DNA of 64,000 bases from an uncultured delta proteobacterium (GTDB lineage Bacteria > Desulfobacterota > Binatia > Binatales > Binataceae): NCBI GenBank assembly GCA_963789115.1, contig CAWBJH010000001.1, positions 1,225,419 to 1,289,418 of the forward strand. The letters are read 5' to 3'. The notes beneath the pieces are model-generated. The model was not told where the DNA came from. It did not search any database and saw nothing but the letters and a program-made list of their open reading frames with translations. Each line of letters starts with the position of its first letter. The stretch's first letter is position 1. Positions 11,470-21,132 of this stretch are shown here, in pieces. A program made the position numbers and the translations under genes.

Positions 11470-11504
11470 TTAGCGCTTATGGGGCGTTGCCCCATGGGCG
11501 CTAA
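11470..11504. repeat. REP-like palindromic hairpin
   Basis: ttagcgcttatggggcgttgccccatgggcgctaa is a perfect inverted repeat. Partial copies occur at 10731-10754, 11917-11935 and 53514-53550. Confidence 0.7.
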
Positions 11505-11505
11505 C

Positions 11506-11566
11506 TTAACAGCACCAAAGCCAGTGGGGCGGGCGTCCGTCAGTGGGGCGGGCGTCCCTGCCCGCC
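11506..11566. repeat. Left inverted repeat flanking the RAYT remnant (includes tandem duplication cagtggggcgggcgtcc x2)
   Basis: ttaacagcaccaaagccagtggggcg matches 11882-11920 at 25/26 as a reverse complement. Confidence 0.7.
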
Positions 11567-11876
11567 ATGGACGTCAGCGAGGGGGAGCGCTACCAATCAG
11601 GCGTTTGTGGTGATGAATGATCACGTTCACGTGTTGCTGAGCACGATGGAGCCTTACCGGCTGGAAGACGTGATCCATTCATGGAAGTCGTTTACAGCTA
11701 ACCGGATGCAGCGCGACCACGGCCGCCGCGGGCGCGTGTGGCAGGACGAGTACCTTGATCGGATGGTTCGCGACGAGCAGGAATTGGTGCAAAAGTCCGA
11801 CTACATCCAGGGCAACCCTTGGACTCGATGGCCGAACCTTGAGGCATACCGTTGGGTGTGGCCGGGAGATGGTTGA
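11562..11876 (+). pseudogene. REP-associated tyrosine transposase (RAYT / IS200-like HuH Y1) remnant, N-terminally truncated
   Basis: The open frame encodes ...NQAFVVMNDHVHVLL (HuH motif) ...SWKSFTANRM... GRVWQDEYLDRMVRDEQELVQKSDYIQGNPW, collinear with the C-terminal two-thirds of E. coli YafM-type RAYTs. The N-terminal ~50 aa core is absent, and the frame upstream runs into repeat sequence. Confidence 0.7.
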
Positions 11877-11881
11877 GCGGC

Positions 11882-11920
11882 GGGCAGGGACGCGCGCCCC
11901 ACTGGCTTTGGTGCTGTTAG
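11882..11920. repeat. Right inverted repeat flanking the RAYT remnant
   Basis: gggcagggacgcgcgccccactggctttggtgctgttag is the reverse complement of the left IR. Confidence 0.7.
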
Positions 11921-11962
11921 GTTAGCGCCTATGCTTGCGCAACCTGTGGGCGGAAACGCAGC

Positions 11963-12412
11963 CTAGCCGGCGGCGGCGGCGGCGCGGGGCCGTTCGCGCT
12001 GCGGCTCTTTCTTCGCGGCGGCCTTCTTGCGCGGCTTTTTGGCCTTGGCCTCTTGCTCGCCACCGGTGAACTCGATGATCGAGAGATCGGCGGCGTCGCC
12101 GCGGCGAAAGCCGTACTTGACCACGCGAGTGTACCCGCCGGGGCGATCCTTGAAGCGCGGCGCGATCTCGTCGAACAGCTTCTTGACCGCATCGCGCGAC
12201 TGGATGAAGGAAAACGCGCGGCGCCGCGCGGCCAGGTCGCCTTGCTTGCCCAGCGTTACCATCCGGTCCGCATAGCGGCGCAGCTCCTTGGCCTTGGCGT
12301 CGGTGGTGCGGATGCGTCCGCTGCGAATCAGCGCAAGCACCAGGTTGCGAAACAGGGCCTTGCGATGAGCGGAGGTGCGGTTGAGCTTGCGGCCCTGATT
12401 TAGATGACGCAT
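11963..12412 (-). CDS. rplQ: 50S ribosomal protein L17 with Lys/Ala-rich C-terminal extension
   Basis: [24 protein letters not shown]... is the canonical L17 N-terminus. It is the last gene of the alpha operon. The ~30-aa tail reads [25 protein letters not shown]. Confidence 0.92.
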   Translation of the reverse strand: MRHLNQGRKLNRTSAHRKALFRNLVLALIRSGRIRTTDAKAKELRRYADRMVTLGKQGDLAARRRAFSFIQSRDAVKKLFDEIAPRFKDRPGGYTRVVKYGFRRGDAADLSIIEFTGGEQEAKAKKPRKKAAAKKEPQRERPRAAAAAG

Positions 12413-12595
12413 CGGGTGTTCCCCTGAACTCTCAGGCGCCTAGCAGGCCGTTGAGAAAGTCCTCACGGCCTGCTCCCCCTCTCTTATCTCCCCCGCAAGC
12501 GGGGGAGAAGATTGAAGAAAGAAGCCAGTTTTCATGCAGGGTGCTTCTGTCACCGGCGAAGTATCTCGTCTCGAAAATCGTTTTTCCGCACCCTG

Positions 12596-13621
12596 CTACG
12601 CGGACTCGCGGCGCTCCTGCTCCTCCCACATCCGGTCGAGCTCGCTGCGCGGCGGCAGGTTGTCCAGCCGCATCCCGAGCGAGAGCCCCATGTCGGCCAG
12701 CACTTCCTTGATCTCATTGAGCGACTTGCGCCCGAAATTCTTGATCTTGAGCATGTCCTGCTCGGTGCGCTGGATAAGCTCGGCGATATACTTGATGTCG
12801 GCGTTCTGGAGCCCGTTGAAAGCCCGCACCGAGATCGGCAGACCCTCGACCGGCCGGTACAAGTATTCGTTGACGGCCGCCTGGGGCACGGCTTGCGCTC
12901 CCGCGCCAGGGGCCTCGGCCTCTTCCTCGACGCCGGCGAAGATCGCGACCTGGTCGCGCAGCACGCGGGCGGCGTAAGTCAGCGCCTCGCGCGGGCCGAT
13001 CGAGCCGTCGGTCCAGATCTCGATCGCGAGCCGGTCGTAGTCGGTGCGCTGGCCGACACGTGCATTGGTCACCACGAAGTTGACCTTGCGGATGGGCGAG
13101 AAGATCGCGTCCATCCGGATCGTGCCGATCGGCTCCTCTTCGTCGGTGCGCTCGGCCGGAACGTAGCCGCGGCCACGCTTGATCACCAGCTCCGCGTCGA
13201 ACTCGGCACCCTTGTCGAGCGTCGCGATATGCTGGTCGGGGGTCATCACCTCGAGGCTCGGACCGCCGGTTATATCCGCGGCAGTGACCACCGCCTCGCC
13301 CTTGGCCTTGAGCGTGGCGGTAATCTGGTCGCCCTCGTGCAGGCGCAGACGCACCTCCTTGAGGTTGAGCACGACGTCGGTAACGTCTTCCTTGACGCCC
13401 GGGATGGTCGAGAACTCGTGCAGGACGTTCCCGATCCTGACCGCGGTAATCGCAAAGCCGGGCAGCGAGGATAGCAGGATCCGGCGCAGCGCGTTGCCGA
13501 GGGTTATGCCGTAGCCGCGTTCCAGCGGTTCAGCGAAGAAGCGGCCGTAAGCCGGCGTCACTTCCTTGTCTTCGAACGCGATCGCCTTGGGTTTGATCAA
13601 ATCACGCCAATCGTTCTGCAT
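12596..13621 (-). CDS. rpoA: DNA-directed RNA polymerase subunit alpha
   Basis: 341 aa. ...ITLGNALRRILLSSLPG... is the alpha NTD signature. The C-terminal alpha-CTD is present. Confidence 0.95.
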   Translation of the reverse strand: MQNDWRDLIKPKAIAFEDKEVTPAYGRFFAEPLERGYGITLGNALRRILLSSLPGFAITAVRIGNVLHEFSTIPGVKEDVTDVVLNLKEVRLRLHEGDQITATLKAKGEAVVTAADITGGPSLEVMTPDQHIATLDKGAEFDAELVIKRGRGYVPAERTDEEEPIGTIRMDAIFSPIRKVNFVVTNARVGQRTDYDRLAIEIWTDGSIGPREALTYAARVLRDQVAIFAGVEEEAEAPGAGAQAVPQAAVNEYLYRPVEGLPISVRAFNGLQNADIKYIAELIQRTEQDMLKIKNFGRKSLNEIKEVLADMGLSLGMRLDNLPPRSELDRMWEEQERRESA

Positions 13622-13669
13622 AGCCTCCCCGACCAGAGAGAATTGGAATCACCACTCCACCACCCCTAC

Positions 13670-14296
13670 TCAGCGCGAGTAGTGCTCAACGATCAGCTTT
13701 TCGTTGATCGGCATCGTGAGATCGGCCCGTGCCGGCAGCGACTTGAGATAGCCGCGGAACTGCTCGCGCTCCAACACCACCCACGGCGGCGTGCCACGCC
13801 GCTGCGAAAGCTCGATAGCTTCCTGAATTGCTTTTTTCTGACGGCTCTTCTCGGCCACGCTGACCACCTTGTTCACCGAGACCAGGAAGGACGGAATGGT
13901 GACGACGCGGCCGTCAACCGCGATATGGCCGTGGCGCACCAACAGGCGAGCCTGGGCCAGCGAGCTGGCGAAGCCGAGCCGGTAGACCACGTTGTCGAGC
14001 CGCCGCTCGAGCAGCACCAGCAGGCTCTCGCCGGTGATGCCGGGTTCCCGCTCGGCCATCCTGAAGTAGCGGGCGAACTGGGTCTCAAGCAGACCGTAGA
14101 TGCGCTTGACCTTCTGTTTCTCGCGCAGCCGAATCGAGAACTCCGAGAAGCGGGTGCGCGCCTGGCCATGCGCGCCGGGCGGATAATTGCGCCGCTCGAT
14201 CGCGCACTTGTCGCTGTAACAGCGCTCACCCTTGAGGAAGAGCTTGAGCCCTTCGCGCCGGCACATCCGGCATACTGGACCAAGATTTCGTGCCAC
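13670..14296 (-). CDS. rpsD: 30S ribosomal protein S4
   Basis: [26 protein letters not shown]... (zinc-knuckle type S4 N-terminus). 208 aa. Confidence 0.95.
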   Translation of the reverse strand: MARNLGPVCRMCRREGLKLFLKGERCYSDKCAIERRNYPPGAHGQARTRFSEFSIRLREKQKVKRIYGLLETQFARYFRMAEREPGITGESLLVLLERRLDNVVYRLGFASSLAQARLLVRHGHIAVDGRVVTIPSFLVSVNKVVSVAEKSRQKKAIQEAIELSQRRGTPPWVVLEREQFRGYLKSLPARADLTMPINEKLIVEHYSR

Positions 14297-14327
14297 GTTT
14301 GCCTGCCTTTAGCTGTTCTTGCCCGGC

Positions 14328-14801
14328 TCAGACCCTGCGCCGTTTGGGCGGACGGCATCCGTTGTGCGGGATCGGCGTGACGTCCCGGATCGACTGCACG
14401 TTGAGTCCCGCAGCCTGCATCGCGCGGACCGCCGATTCGCGGCCGCCGCCCGGACCCTTGATGTACACCACCACGCTGCGCATCCCGACTTCCTGGGCCT
14501 TTCGCGCCGCCGCCTCCGCCGCCATCTGCGCAGCGAACGGCGTCCCCTTGCGTGAGCCTTTGAAACCCACCGACCCGGCAGTCGACCACGCGACCACCAT
14601 GCCCTGATGGTCGGTTATAGTCACGATGGTGTTGTTAAACGTCGCATGGATATGCGCGACGCCCTCGGGCACGACGCGCTTGACGCGCCGGCGCCTGGGC
14701 GGTGCCGCCGGGGCGGCGCCGGCCGCCGGGGCTTGCCCAGGCGGGCCGCCTTGGCCCGAAGCTTTGGGCGACTCGCCTTTCTTTTCCTTTTCGTCTGCCA
14801 T
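14328..14801 (-). CDS. rpsK: 30S ribosomal protein S11 with ~25-aa Pro/Ala-rich N-terminal extension
   Basis: ...[21 protein letters not shown]...[16 protein letters not shown] is the canonical S11 core. Confidence 0.93.
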   Translation of the reverse strand: MADEKEKKGESPKASGQGGPPGQAPAAGAAPAAPPRRRRVKRVVPEGVAHIHATFNNTIVTITDHQGMVVAWSTAGSVGFKGSRKGTPFAAQMAAEAAARKAQEVGMRSVVVYIKGPGGGRESAVRAMQAAGLNVQSIRDVTPIPHNGCRPPKRRRV

Positions 14802-14833
14802 GGTTTTCCTGTGTTACGGTCGGTGTCCTGCGC

Positions 14834-15220
14834 TTACTTTCCCCTGGGCGGCGCGACTTTCTTGCCCGCCACGATCTTGCGCGGGCCCTTGCGGGTGCGC
14901 GCGTTGGTATGGGTCCGTTGTCCGCGCACCGGAAGGCCGCGCCGATGGCGGATGCCGCGGTAGCATCCCAGGTCCATCAGGCGTTTGATCGATTGCTGCA
15001 CCTCGCGGCGCAGGTCGCCTTCGACCTTGTAGCCCTGGTCGAGCACATTGCGGATGTGCACCTGTTCGTCGGCGGTCAAGTCGTCGGTCTTGCGGGCCGG
15101 ATCGACGTTGGCTTGCTTAAGAATCTTCATCGCTGCGGGGCGCCCGATTCCGTAGATGTAGGTCAGCGCAAGCTCCATGCGCTTGTTCTTGGGAAGCTCG
15201 ACTCCTGCGATACGCGCCAT
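14834..15220 (-). CDS. rpsM: 30S ribosomal protein S13
   Basis: [26 protein letters not shown]... Confidence 0.95.
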   Translation of the reverse strand: MARIAGVELPKNKRMELALTYIYGIGRPAAMKILKQANVDPARKTDDLTADEQVHIRNVLDQGYKVEGDLRREVQQSIKRLMDLGCYRGIRHRRGLPVRGQRTHTNARTRKGPRKIVAGKKVAPPRGK

Positions 15221-15245
15221 GAAACGTCCTCCTGGTCGCCCGGTC

Positions 15246-15359
15246 CTATCCCTGGCGCTGCTTGTGGCGCGGATTGGAGCAAAGGATGCGCACCACGCCG
15301 TGGCGGCGCACCACCTTGCAGTTCTTGCAAATCTTTTTCACCGAGGCACGAACCTTCAT
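15246..15359 (-). CDS. rpmJ: 50S ribosomal protein L36 (zinc-ribbon C3H type)
   Basis: Manual translation of the minus strand gives [37 protein letters not shown]. Not in the ORF track because it is below 60 aa. Coordinates are +/-1. Confidence 0.85.
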   Translation of the reverse strand: MKVRASVKKICKNCKVVRRHGVVRILCSNPRHKQRQG

Positions 15360-15382
15360 CTGGTCTGGTTCCCGTCGCGCGC

Positions 15383-15601
15383 TCAGCGCATCCGATAGGT
15401 GATCCGCCCGCGGCTCAGATCGTAGGGCGACAGCTCCACGGTTACCTTGTCGCCGGGCAGAATCTTGATGTAGTGCATGCGCATCTTGCCCGAGATGTGC
15501 GCCAGCACCCTGTGTCCGTTGTCGAGCGAAACCCGGAACACTGCATTGGGCAGCGCTTCCAGAACCGTGCCCTGGACTTCGATCGCGTCGCCTTTAGACA
15601 T
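15383..15601 (-). CDS. infA: Translation initiation factor IF-1
   Basis: 72 aa with an S1-like OB fold: [53 protein letters not shown]... Confidence 0.95.
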   Translation of the reverse strand: MSKGDAIEVQGTVLEALPNAVFRVSLDNGHRVLAHISGKMRMHYIKILPGDKVTVELSPYDLSRGRITYRMR

Positions 15602-16364
15602 TGCCCGGCTCGCTCAGGATTTGTGGGCCGTCGGCGGTAATCGCCACCGAGTGCTCGAAATGCGCCGATAGCGTGCCGTCGGCGGTCACCGCGGTCCATC
15701 CGTCGTCGAGGATTCTCAGGTCCGCACGGCCCTCGTTGACCATCGGCTCGATCGCGAGCACCATCCCCTCCTTCAGGCGTGGATTCGGCATCCCCGCTCT
15801 GAAGTAGTTGGGCACCTGGGGATCCTCGTGCAGGTTGCGCCCGATTCCGTGGCCGGCAAATTCCTCGACCACCGAGTAGCCGGCCGCTTCGACGCGGGTC
15901 TGCACCGCGTGCGCGATGTCGCTGATCCGATTGCCCGAGCGCGCCTGCTCGATTCCCGCGTAAAGCGCCTCGCGCGTCACTTTCAGCAGCCGTTCGGCCC
16001 GCTCGGGGATCTTTCCGACCGCGACCGTGCGCGCCGAATCGCCGTAGAAGCCCTTATAGACCACGCCGAAGTCCAATCCCACGATATCGCCCGGCTTGAG
16101 CTTGCGCCCGGACGGGATGCCGTGGACGATTTCGTCGTTGACCGACACGCACAGGCTGTTGGGATAAGCCACGCCGCGCGGCGCGTAACCCTTGAAGGCG
16201 GGCGTCGCACCCTTCTGGTAGATCAGCTCCTCAGCCATCCGGTCGAGCTCGTCGGTGCTAATCCCCGGGCGCACGGCGGCCGCCACGGCGTCCAGGATCT
16301 CGGCCACGATCTGGTTCGCCTTGCGCATCAGCGCGATCTCTTCGGCGCTCTTGAGCAAAATCAT
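15594..16364 (-). CDS. map: Type I methionine aminopeptidase
   Basis: Start taken at [18 protein letters not shown]... The upstream part of the 332-aa track ORF overlaps adk and is probably not translated. Conserved metal ligands are present (D..D..H..E..E context). Confidence 0.9.
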   Translation of the reverse strand: MILLKSAEEIALMRKANQIVAEILDAVAAAVRPGISTDELDRMAEELIYQKGATPAFKGYAPRGVAYPNSLCVSVNDEIVHGIPSGRKLKPGDIVGLDFGVVYKGFYGDSARTVAVGKIPERAERLLKVTREALYAGIEQARSGNRISDIAHAVQTRVEAAGYSVVEEFAGHGIGRNLHEDPQVPNYFRAGMPNPRLKEGMVLAIEPMVNEGRADLRILDDGWTAVTADGTLSAHFEHSVAITADGPQILSEPGNV

Positions 16365-16404
16365 GTCTTGCGCCCGCGAGCCCCCTGTTTCAGGTCGGCG
16401 GTCA

Positions 16405-17055
16405 TCATGCCGCCGCGCCGAGCGCCTCGAAGATGCGGCTGCCGACTTCGTCGGGGCGGCCGACGCCGTCGATGCGCGCCAGCAGTCCCTGGCGTTCGTA
16501 ATGCTCGAGCAGCGGACGGGTCTCGGCGGCGTAGACTTGCAGGCGCATGCGCACCGTGTCCTCGGCGTCGTCGTCGCGCTGGTATAGCTCACCGTTGCAC
16601 GCGTTGCAGATGTTCACGTTGCGAGGGGGGTCGAAGATTGTATGGTACATGGCCCCGCAATTTCGGCAAGTGCGCCTTCCCGAGATACGCTTGATGATTT
16701 CGTCGTCCGGTATAATCAGCGCGACCACCTTGTCGAGCCGCCGTCCGCGCCCCTCGATTATCTTCTTGAGCGCCTCGGCCTGCGGCACGGTGCGGGGAAA
16801 CCCGTCCAGGATAAAGCTTTGCTGCGCGTCGGGCTTGTCCAGCCGCTCTTCAATCAAGCCAAGCACTAACTCGTCCGGCACCAGGTTGCCGCGATCCATA
16901 AAAGTGCGGGCCTGCTTGCCGAGCGGGGTACGTTCGCGCACCGCCTCGCGCAACAGGTCACCGCTGGCGACGTGCGGGGCGCCCAACCGCTGCGCAAGCA
17001 CCCGGGCCTGCGTACCCTTGCCGGCTCCCGGAGGACCCAACATCACCAAACGCAT
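16405..17055 (-). CDS. adk: Adenylate kinase (long form with Cys4 zinc LID)
   Basis: MRLVMLGPPGAGKGTQA... carries the P-loop. The LID reads CRNCGAMYH...CNACNGEL. Confidence 0.95.
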   Translation of the reverse strand: MRLVMLGPPGAGKGTQARVLAQRLGAPHVASGDLLREAVRERTPLGKQARTFMDRGNLVPDELVLGLIEERLDKPDAQQSFILDGFPRTVPQAEALKKIIEGRGRRLDKVVALIIPDDEIIKRISGRRTCRNCGAMYHTIFDPPRNVNICNACNGELYQRDDDAEDTVRMRLQVYAAETRPLLEHYERQGLLARIDGVGRPDEVGSRIFEALGAAA

Positions 17056-18360
17056 TTATCCCCTCCTCGACTTGATCCGCCCGCGCCGCATGAAGCCTTC
17101 GTAGTTGCGGGTGAGCAGATGGGTTTCGATTTGCGCGACGGTGTCGAGCGCAACCCCGACCACGATCAGCAGCGCCGTGCCGCCGAAGTAGAACGGGACG
17201 TTGAAGCGCTGGATCAGGATGGTCGGCAGGACGCAGACTGCACTTACGTAAACCGCCCCACCCAGTGTGATCCGCGACAGCACCCGGTCGATATAGTCGG
17301 CGGTAAACCGGCCCGGCCGGATACCCGGGATGAAGCCGCCGTACTTCTTGAGATTGTCCGCGACGTTGACCGGATTAAACGTGACGGCAGTGTAGAAGTA
17401 GCAGAAAAACACGATTAGCGCGACGTAAGTCAGGTCGTACACCAGACTGCCCGGCGTCACGTAGGCGGCAAAGGGCTTGGCCCACGGCACGAAGGTCGCC
17501 ACGGTGGCGGGGAATATCAGGATCGAGGAAGCAAAGATCGGCGGAATCACTCCCGAAGTGTTGACCTTGAGCGGCAGATGCGAGGTTTGGCCGCCGTAGA
17601 CCCGCCGCCCGACCACGCGGCGAGCGTACTGGACCGGGATGCGGCGCTGTCCGGTCTCCACGTACACGATGCCGCCGGTCACCGCGATCGCGACCGCGAT
17701 GATGAACAGCAGCAGGAAGATGCTCATCTCGCCCTCGCGCACGAACTGGGTGGTAACGCCGATCGCGCTGGGCAGCCGGGCGACGATTCCGGCCATGATG
17801 ATCAGCGAAATCCCGTTGCCGATTCCGCGCTCGGTGATCTGCTCGCCGAGCCACATGATGAAGACCGTGCCCGCAGTCAGCGTCACGATGGTCAGCAACC
17901 TGAAACTCCATCCGGGGAAGTAAACCACCGAGCCGCCGCCCGGCGCCTGGATTTTCTCCAGCGACACCGCGATCATCATACCCTGCAGCAGCGCCAGTCC
18001 GACCGTGCCGTAGCGCGTGTACTGCGCGATTTTGCGCCGGCCCGCTTCACCCTCCTTGTAGAGCTCGTCGAGGTAGGGCGAGGCGACTTTCATCAGGTCC
18101 AGGATGATCGCCACCGAGATGTAGGGCATGATGCCGAGGGCGAACACCGAGAAGCGCTCGAGTGCGCCGCCCGAGAACAGGTTGACCCATCCGAACAGCG
18201 TCCCGCTCGCGGCATCGAAGAACGAGGCCAGCGCCTGCCCGTCGATTCCCGGCGTGGGCACCGCCACGCCGATCCGGTACACGGCCAGCATCGCGGCGGT
18301 GAACAGCAGCCGGCGGCGCAATTCCGGGATGCGCGAGGCGTTTGAGAACCCCTCAAGCAT
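17056..18360 (-). CDS. secY: Preprotein translocase subunit SecY
   Basis: 434 aa, ten predicted TM segments, conserved SecY motifs. Confidence 0.95.
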   Translation of the reverse strand: MLEGFSNASRIPELRRRLLFTAAMLAVYRIGVAVPTPGIDGQALASFFDAASGTLFGWVNLFSGGALERFSVFALGIMPYISVAIILDLMKVASPYLDELYKEGEAGRRKIAQYTRYGTVGLALLQGMMIAVSLEKIQAPGGGSVVYFPGWSFRLLTIVTLTAGTVFIMWLGEQITERGIGNGISLIIMAGIVARLPSAIGVTTQFVREGEMSIFLLLFIIAVAIAVTGGIVYVETGQRRIPVQYARRVVGRRVYGGQTSHLPLKVNTSGVIPPIFASSILIFPATVATFVPWAKPFAAYVTPGSLVYDLTYVALIVFFCYFYTAVTFNPVNVADNLKKYGGFIPGIRPGRFTADYIDRVLSRITLGGAVYVSAVCVLPTILIQRFNVPFYFGGTALLIVVGVALDTVAQIETHLLTRNYEGFMRRGRIKSRRG

Positions 18361-18366
18361 TCAGAT

Positions 18367-18828
18367 TTATGTGCTTTGCAGCAGCTCCGCGGTTCCGCCT
18401 GCGGCGGTGATTTTTTCACGCGCACTCGCCGAAAAGGCGTGCGCTTTGATCGTAAGCTTCTTCTTCAACTCTCCGTCGCCCAGCACCTTGACTATCCGCC
18501 CGTCCGGCACCAGGCCGTGCCGCGCCATCAGCGCCGGATCGATTGTGTCGCCGTCGGCGAACTGTGCAAAGCGCTCCAGATTGACCTGCGCCATACGCTC
18601 GCGGCGCGCCGCGTTCTTCTGCAGGCGGCGAAAGCCGCGCTTGGGAAGGCGCCGCTTGAGCGGCATCTGCCCACCCTCGTAACCCGGAGGCGTGTTGCCC
18701 CCGCTGCGCGAGCCCTTGCCCTTGTGACCCCGGCCGGCGGTCTTGCCGTGGCCCGAGCCGATTCCGCGTCCGATGCGGCGTTCGCGGCGCGTGGACCCGG
18801 GAGCGGGTGTGAGTGTGCTCAGATCCAT
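18367..18828 (-). CDS. rplO: 50S ribosomal protein L15
   Basis: ...GRGIGSGHGKTAGRGHKGKGSRSGG... Gly-rich L15 signature. Confidence 0.93.
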   Translation of the reverse strand: MDLSTLTPAPGSTRRERRIGRGIGSGHGKTAGRGHKGKGSRSGGNTPPGYEGGQMPLKRRLPKRGFRRLQKNAARRERMAQVNLERFAQFADGDTIDPALMARHGLVPDGRIVKVLGDGELKKKLTIKAHAFSASAREKITAAGGTAELLQST

Positions 18829-18832
18829 CGCC

Positions 18833-19015
18833 TTAAGCCTGTTTCACCTCGACCAGGTGCGACACCCGGCGGATCATCCCAACGACCATCGGCGTGCGCT
18901 CCAGCACGCGCTCCTTGCCGATGCGGCCGAGCCCCAGACCCTTTAGCGTCTCGCGCACGCGCTGGTTGGTGCTGATCGGGCTGCGCACCAGCTTCACCTT
19001 TATCGTATCAGCCAT
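18833..19015 (-). CDS. rpmD: 50S ribosomal protein L30
   Basis: 60 aa: [29 protein letters not shown]... Confidence 0.93.
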   Translation of the reverse strand: MADTIKVKLVRSPISTNQRVRETLKGLGLGRIGKERVLERTPMVVGMIRRVSHLVEVKQA

Positions 19016-19050
19016 CGCTTAATCCCACCCCCAGGTCGCTCAATCCGACC

Positions 19051-19557
19051 TCAGGCCGCCTCCGGACGTTCAGGCTCGCGCCGGCGAGCGCGTAAGATCT
19101 GCTCGGGATCGCGCAGCTCGGAAAGCGCCTGCATCGTGGCCCTCACCAGGTTGTGCGGATTGGAGGAGCCCAGGCGCTTGGTCAGGATATTGCGGATCCC
19201 GGCCAGCTCGACCACCGCGCGCACGCCGCCCGCGGCGATAACCCCGGTGCCCTCGGCCGCCGGCTTCAGAATCACCTTGCCGGCGCCGAATCGTCCCAGC
19301 ACTTCGTAGGGGATGGTCCCCTGCCTGAGCGGCACCCGCACGAGGTTCTTGCGCGCGCGCTCGACGCCCTTGCGGATGGCTTCCGGCACTTCATTGGCCT
19401 TGCCGAGGCCGAATCCGACCAGCCCGTTCTGATCGCCCGCTACCACCAGCGCGCTGAAGCTGAAGCGCCGGCCGCCCTTGACGACCTTGGCGACGCGATT
19501 GATATGCACGACCTTTTCCTTCAGTTCGAGGCCCTGCGGGTCTATTCGTTCAGCCAC
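19051..19557 (-). CDS. rpsE: 30S ribosomal protein S5
   Basis: ...[39 protein letters not shown]... Confidence 0.95.
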   Translation of the reverse strand: MAERIDPQGLELKEKVVHINRVAKVVKGGRRFSFSALVVAGDQNGLVGFGLGKANEVPEAIRKGVERARKNLVRVPLRQGTIPYEVLGRFGAGKVILKPAAEGTGVIAAGGVRAVVELAGIRNILTKRLGSSNPHNLVRATMQALSELRDPEQILRARRREPERPEAA

Positions 19558-19592
19558 TGCTTCTCCGTTGCGATGCCGGTTTGCGGTTCACC

Positions 19593-19955
19593 CTAAAATT
19601 TCAGTCCCGCCTCGCGCGCGGCGTCGGCCAGCGCCTTGACGCGGCCGTGATAGAGAAAGCCGTTGCGATCCAAGACCACCTGTGTGATCCCGGCCTGACG
19701 GCATCGCTCGGCAATCGCCTTGCCCACCACCTTGGCGGCGGCGATGCTGCACTTGCTCTTGAGCGTGCTCCTCAGGTCGGGGCTGAGGGTCGACACCGCG
19801 GTCAAGGTCCTCCCGGACTGATCCGAGATAACTTGGGCGTAGATGTGATGCAGCGAGCGGTAGACGCTCAGGCGCGGTCGCACGTCGTTGCCCGTGACCT
19901 TGCGTCGCACGCGCTGGCGCCTTGCCGTTCGCTTCTCGAAACGCTCCGAGGCCAT
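19593..19955 (-). CDS. rplR: 50S ribosomal protein L18
   Basis: 120 aa: ...[20 protein letters not shown]... Confidence 0.93.
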   Translation of the reverse strand: MASERFEKRTARRQRVRRKVTGNDVRPRLSVYRSLHHIYAQVISDQSGRTLTAVSTLSPDLRSTLKSKCSIAAAKVVGKAIAERCRQAGITQVVLDRNGFLYHGRVKALADAAREAGLKF

Positions 19956-19974
19956 AACGTCGATACTTTCCGCG

Positions 19975-20526
19975 CTAGGCTGCGGTCGCTCCCGCGGCTG
20001 CTTTTCCCGCCTTGCGACGAATCGTTTCAGTTGCGTACTTGATGCCCTTGCCTTTGTATGGCTCCGGGGGCCTAAGCGCGCGAATCTGCGCCGCGACCAT
20101 CCCCAGGAGCTGGCGGTCGGCGCTCCCCAGCGTGATTATGACCTGGCGCTCGACCTTGGCGGTCACGCCAGGCGGCAACTGGTAGGCGATCGGATGGGAA
20201 TAGCCAAGCGTCATGTGGATCGCGCTGCCCCTGACCTCCGCGCGATAGCCGACGCCGTTTATTTCGAGCACCCGGATGAAGCCCTGGCTCACGCCCTGAA
20301 CCATGTTGGCGACCAGCTTGCGCATCAGGCCGTGCATCGCGCGCTCGCGCTTGGAGTCGCCGGGGCGCGTCACCACGATCTTGGAGTCCTTGATCTCGAG
20401 CCCAAAACCGGGCAGCAGCTTCATCTCGAGCTTGCCCTTGGGTCCTTCGACCTTGACCAGGGCATCGCAGACGGTGGCCGTAACCGTCTGGTCGAGTGCA
20501 ATCGGCAGTCTGCCTATCCGCGACAT
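19975..20526 (-). CDS. rplF: 50S ribosomal protein L6
   Basis: 183 aa: [19 protein letters not shown]... Confidence 0.93.
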   Translation of the reverse strand: MSRIGRLPIALDQTVTATVCDALVKVEGPKGKLEMKLLPGFGLEIKDSKIVVTRPGDSKRERAMHGLMRKLVANMVQGVSQGFIRVLEINGVGYRAEVRGSAIHMTLGYSHPIAYQLPPGVTAKVERQVIITLGSADRQLLGMVAAQIRALRPPEPYKGKGIKYATETIRRKAGKAAAGATAA

Positions 20527-20540
20527 CGAAAATTCTTCCC

Positions 20541-20933
20541 CTACCAGACCGCGAGCAGGATTTCGCCGCCGACGCGTCTGCTGCGCGCCTCGCGGTCAGT
20601 CATCACGCCCAGCGGGGTCGACAGCACCTGCACCCCGAGTCCGCCGCGAAGCCGGGGCATCGCCGCGCCGGTGTAGCGCCTGAGGCTCGGGCGGCTCACG
20701 CGCTTTAGCCCGCGAATTACGGGCTCGCGCCCCGAGTAGCGCAGGCGCAGCGCCAAGGTCTGCTTGGGCGGCTCACCGCCCATCTCGACGCGATCGAGGA
20801 AACCCTCGACGGCCAGCACGCGGCAAATCGCCTCGCGCAGCCGCGAATAGGGCACCGTAACCTGCTCGTGACGCGCGTGCATCGCGTTGCGAATCCTGGT
20901 CAGAAGCTCTGCGATCGGATCGGTCTGTGACAT
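20541..20933 (-). CDS. rpsH: 30S ribosomal protein S8
   Basis: 130 aa: MSQTDPIAELLTRIRNA... Confidence 0.93.
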   Translation of the reverse strand: MSQTDPIAELLTRIRNAMHARHEQVTVPYSRLREAICRVLAVEGFLDRVEMGGEPPKQTLALRLRYSGREPVIRGLKRVSRPSLRRYTGAAMPRLRGGLGVQVLSTPLGVMTDREARSRRVGGEILLAVW

Positions 20934-20945
20934 TGCTATCGCTTT

Positions 20946-21131
20946 CTACCAGCTCGCCTTGACCACGCCCGGCAAGGCCCCGGTATGCGCGTACTTGCGC
21001 AGGCAAAGCCGGCACATCCGAAAACGCCGGAAGTAGCCGCGCGGGCGACCGCACAGCGGGCATCGGTTATGCTGGCGGGTGCTGAACTTGGGCGTCCGGG
21101 TCGCCTTGATCCTCAGGCATTTCTTCGCCAT
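20946..21131 (-). CDS. rpsZ: 30S ribosomal protein S14 type Z (zinc-binding, 61 aa)
   Basis: [46 protein letters not shown]... carries CxxC...CxxC. The track ORF includes an untranslated upstream extension. Confidence 0.92.
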   Translation of the reverse strand: MAKKCLRIKATRTPKFSTRQHNRCPLCGRPRGYFRRFRMCRLCLRKYAHTGALPGVVKASW

Positions 21132-21132
21132 C

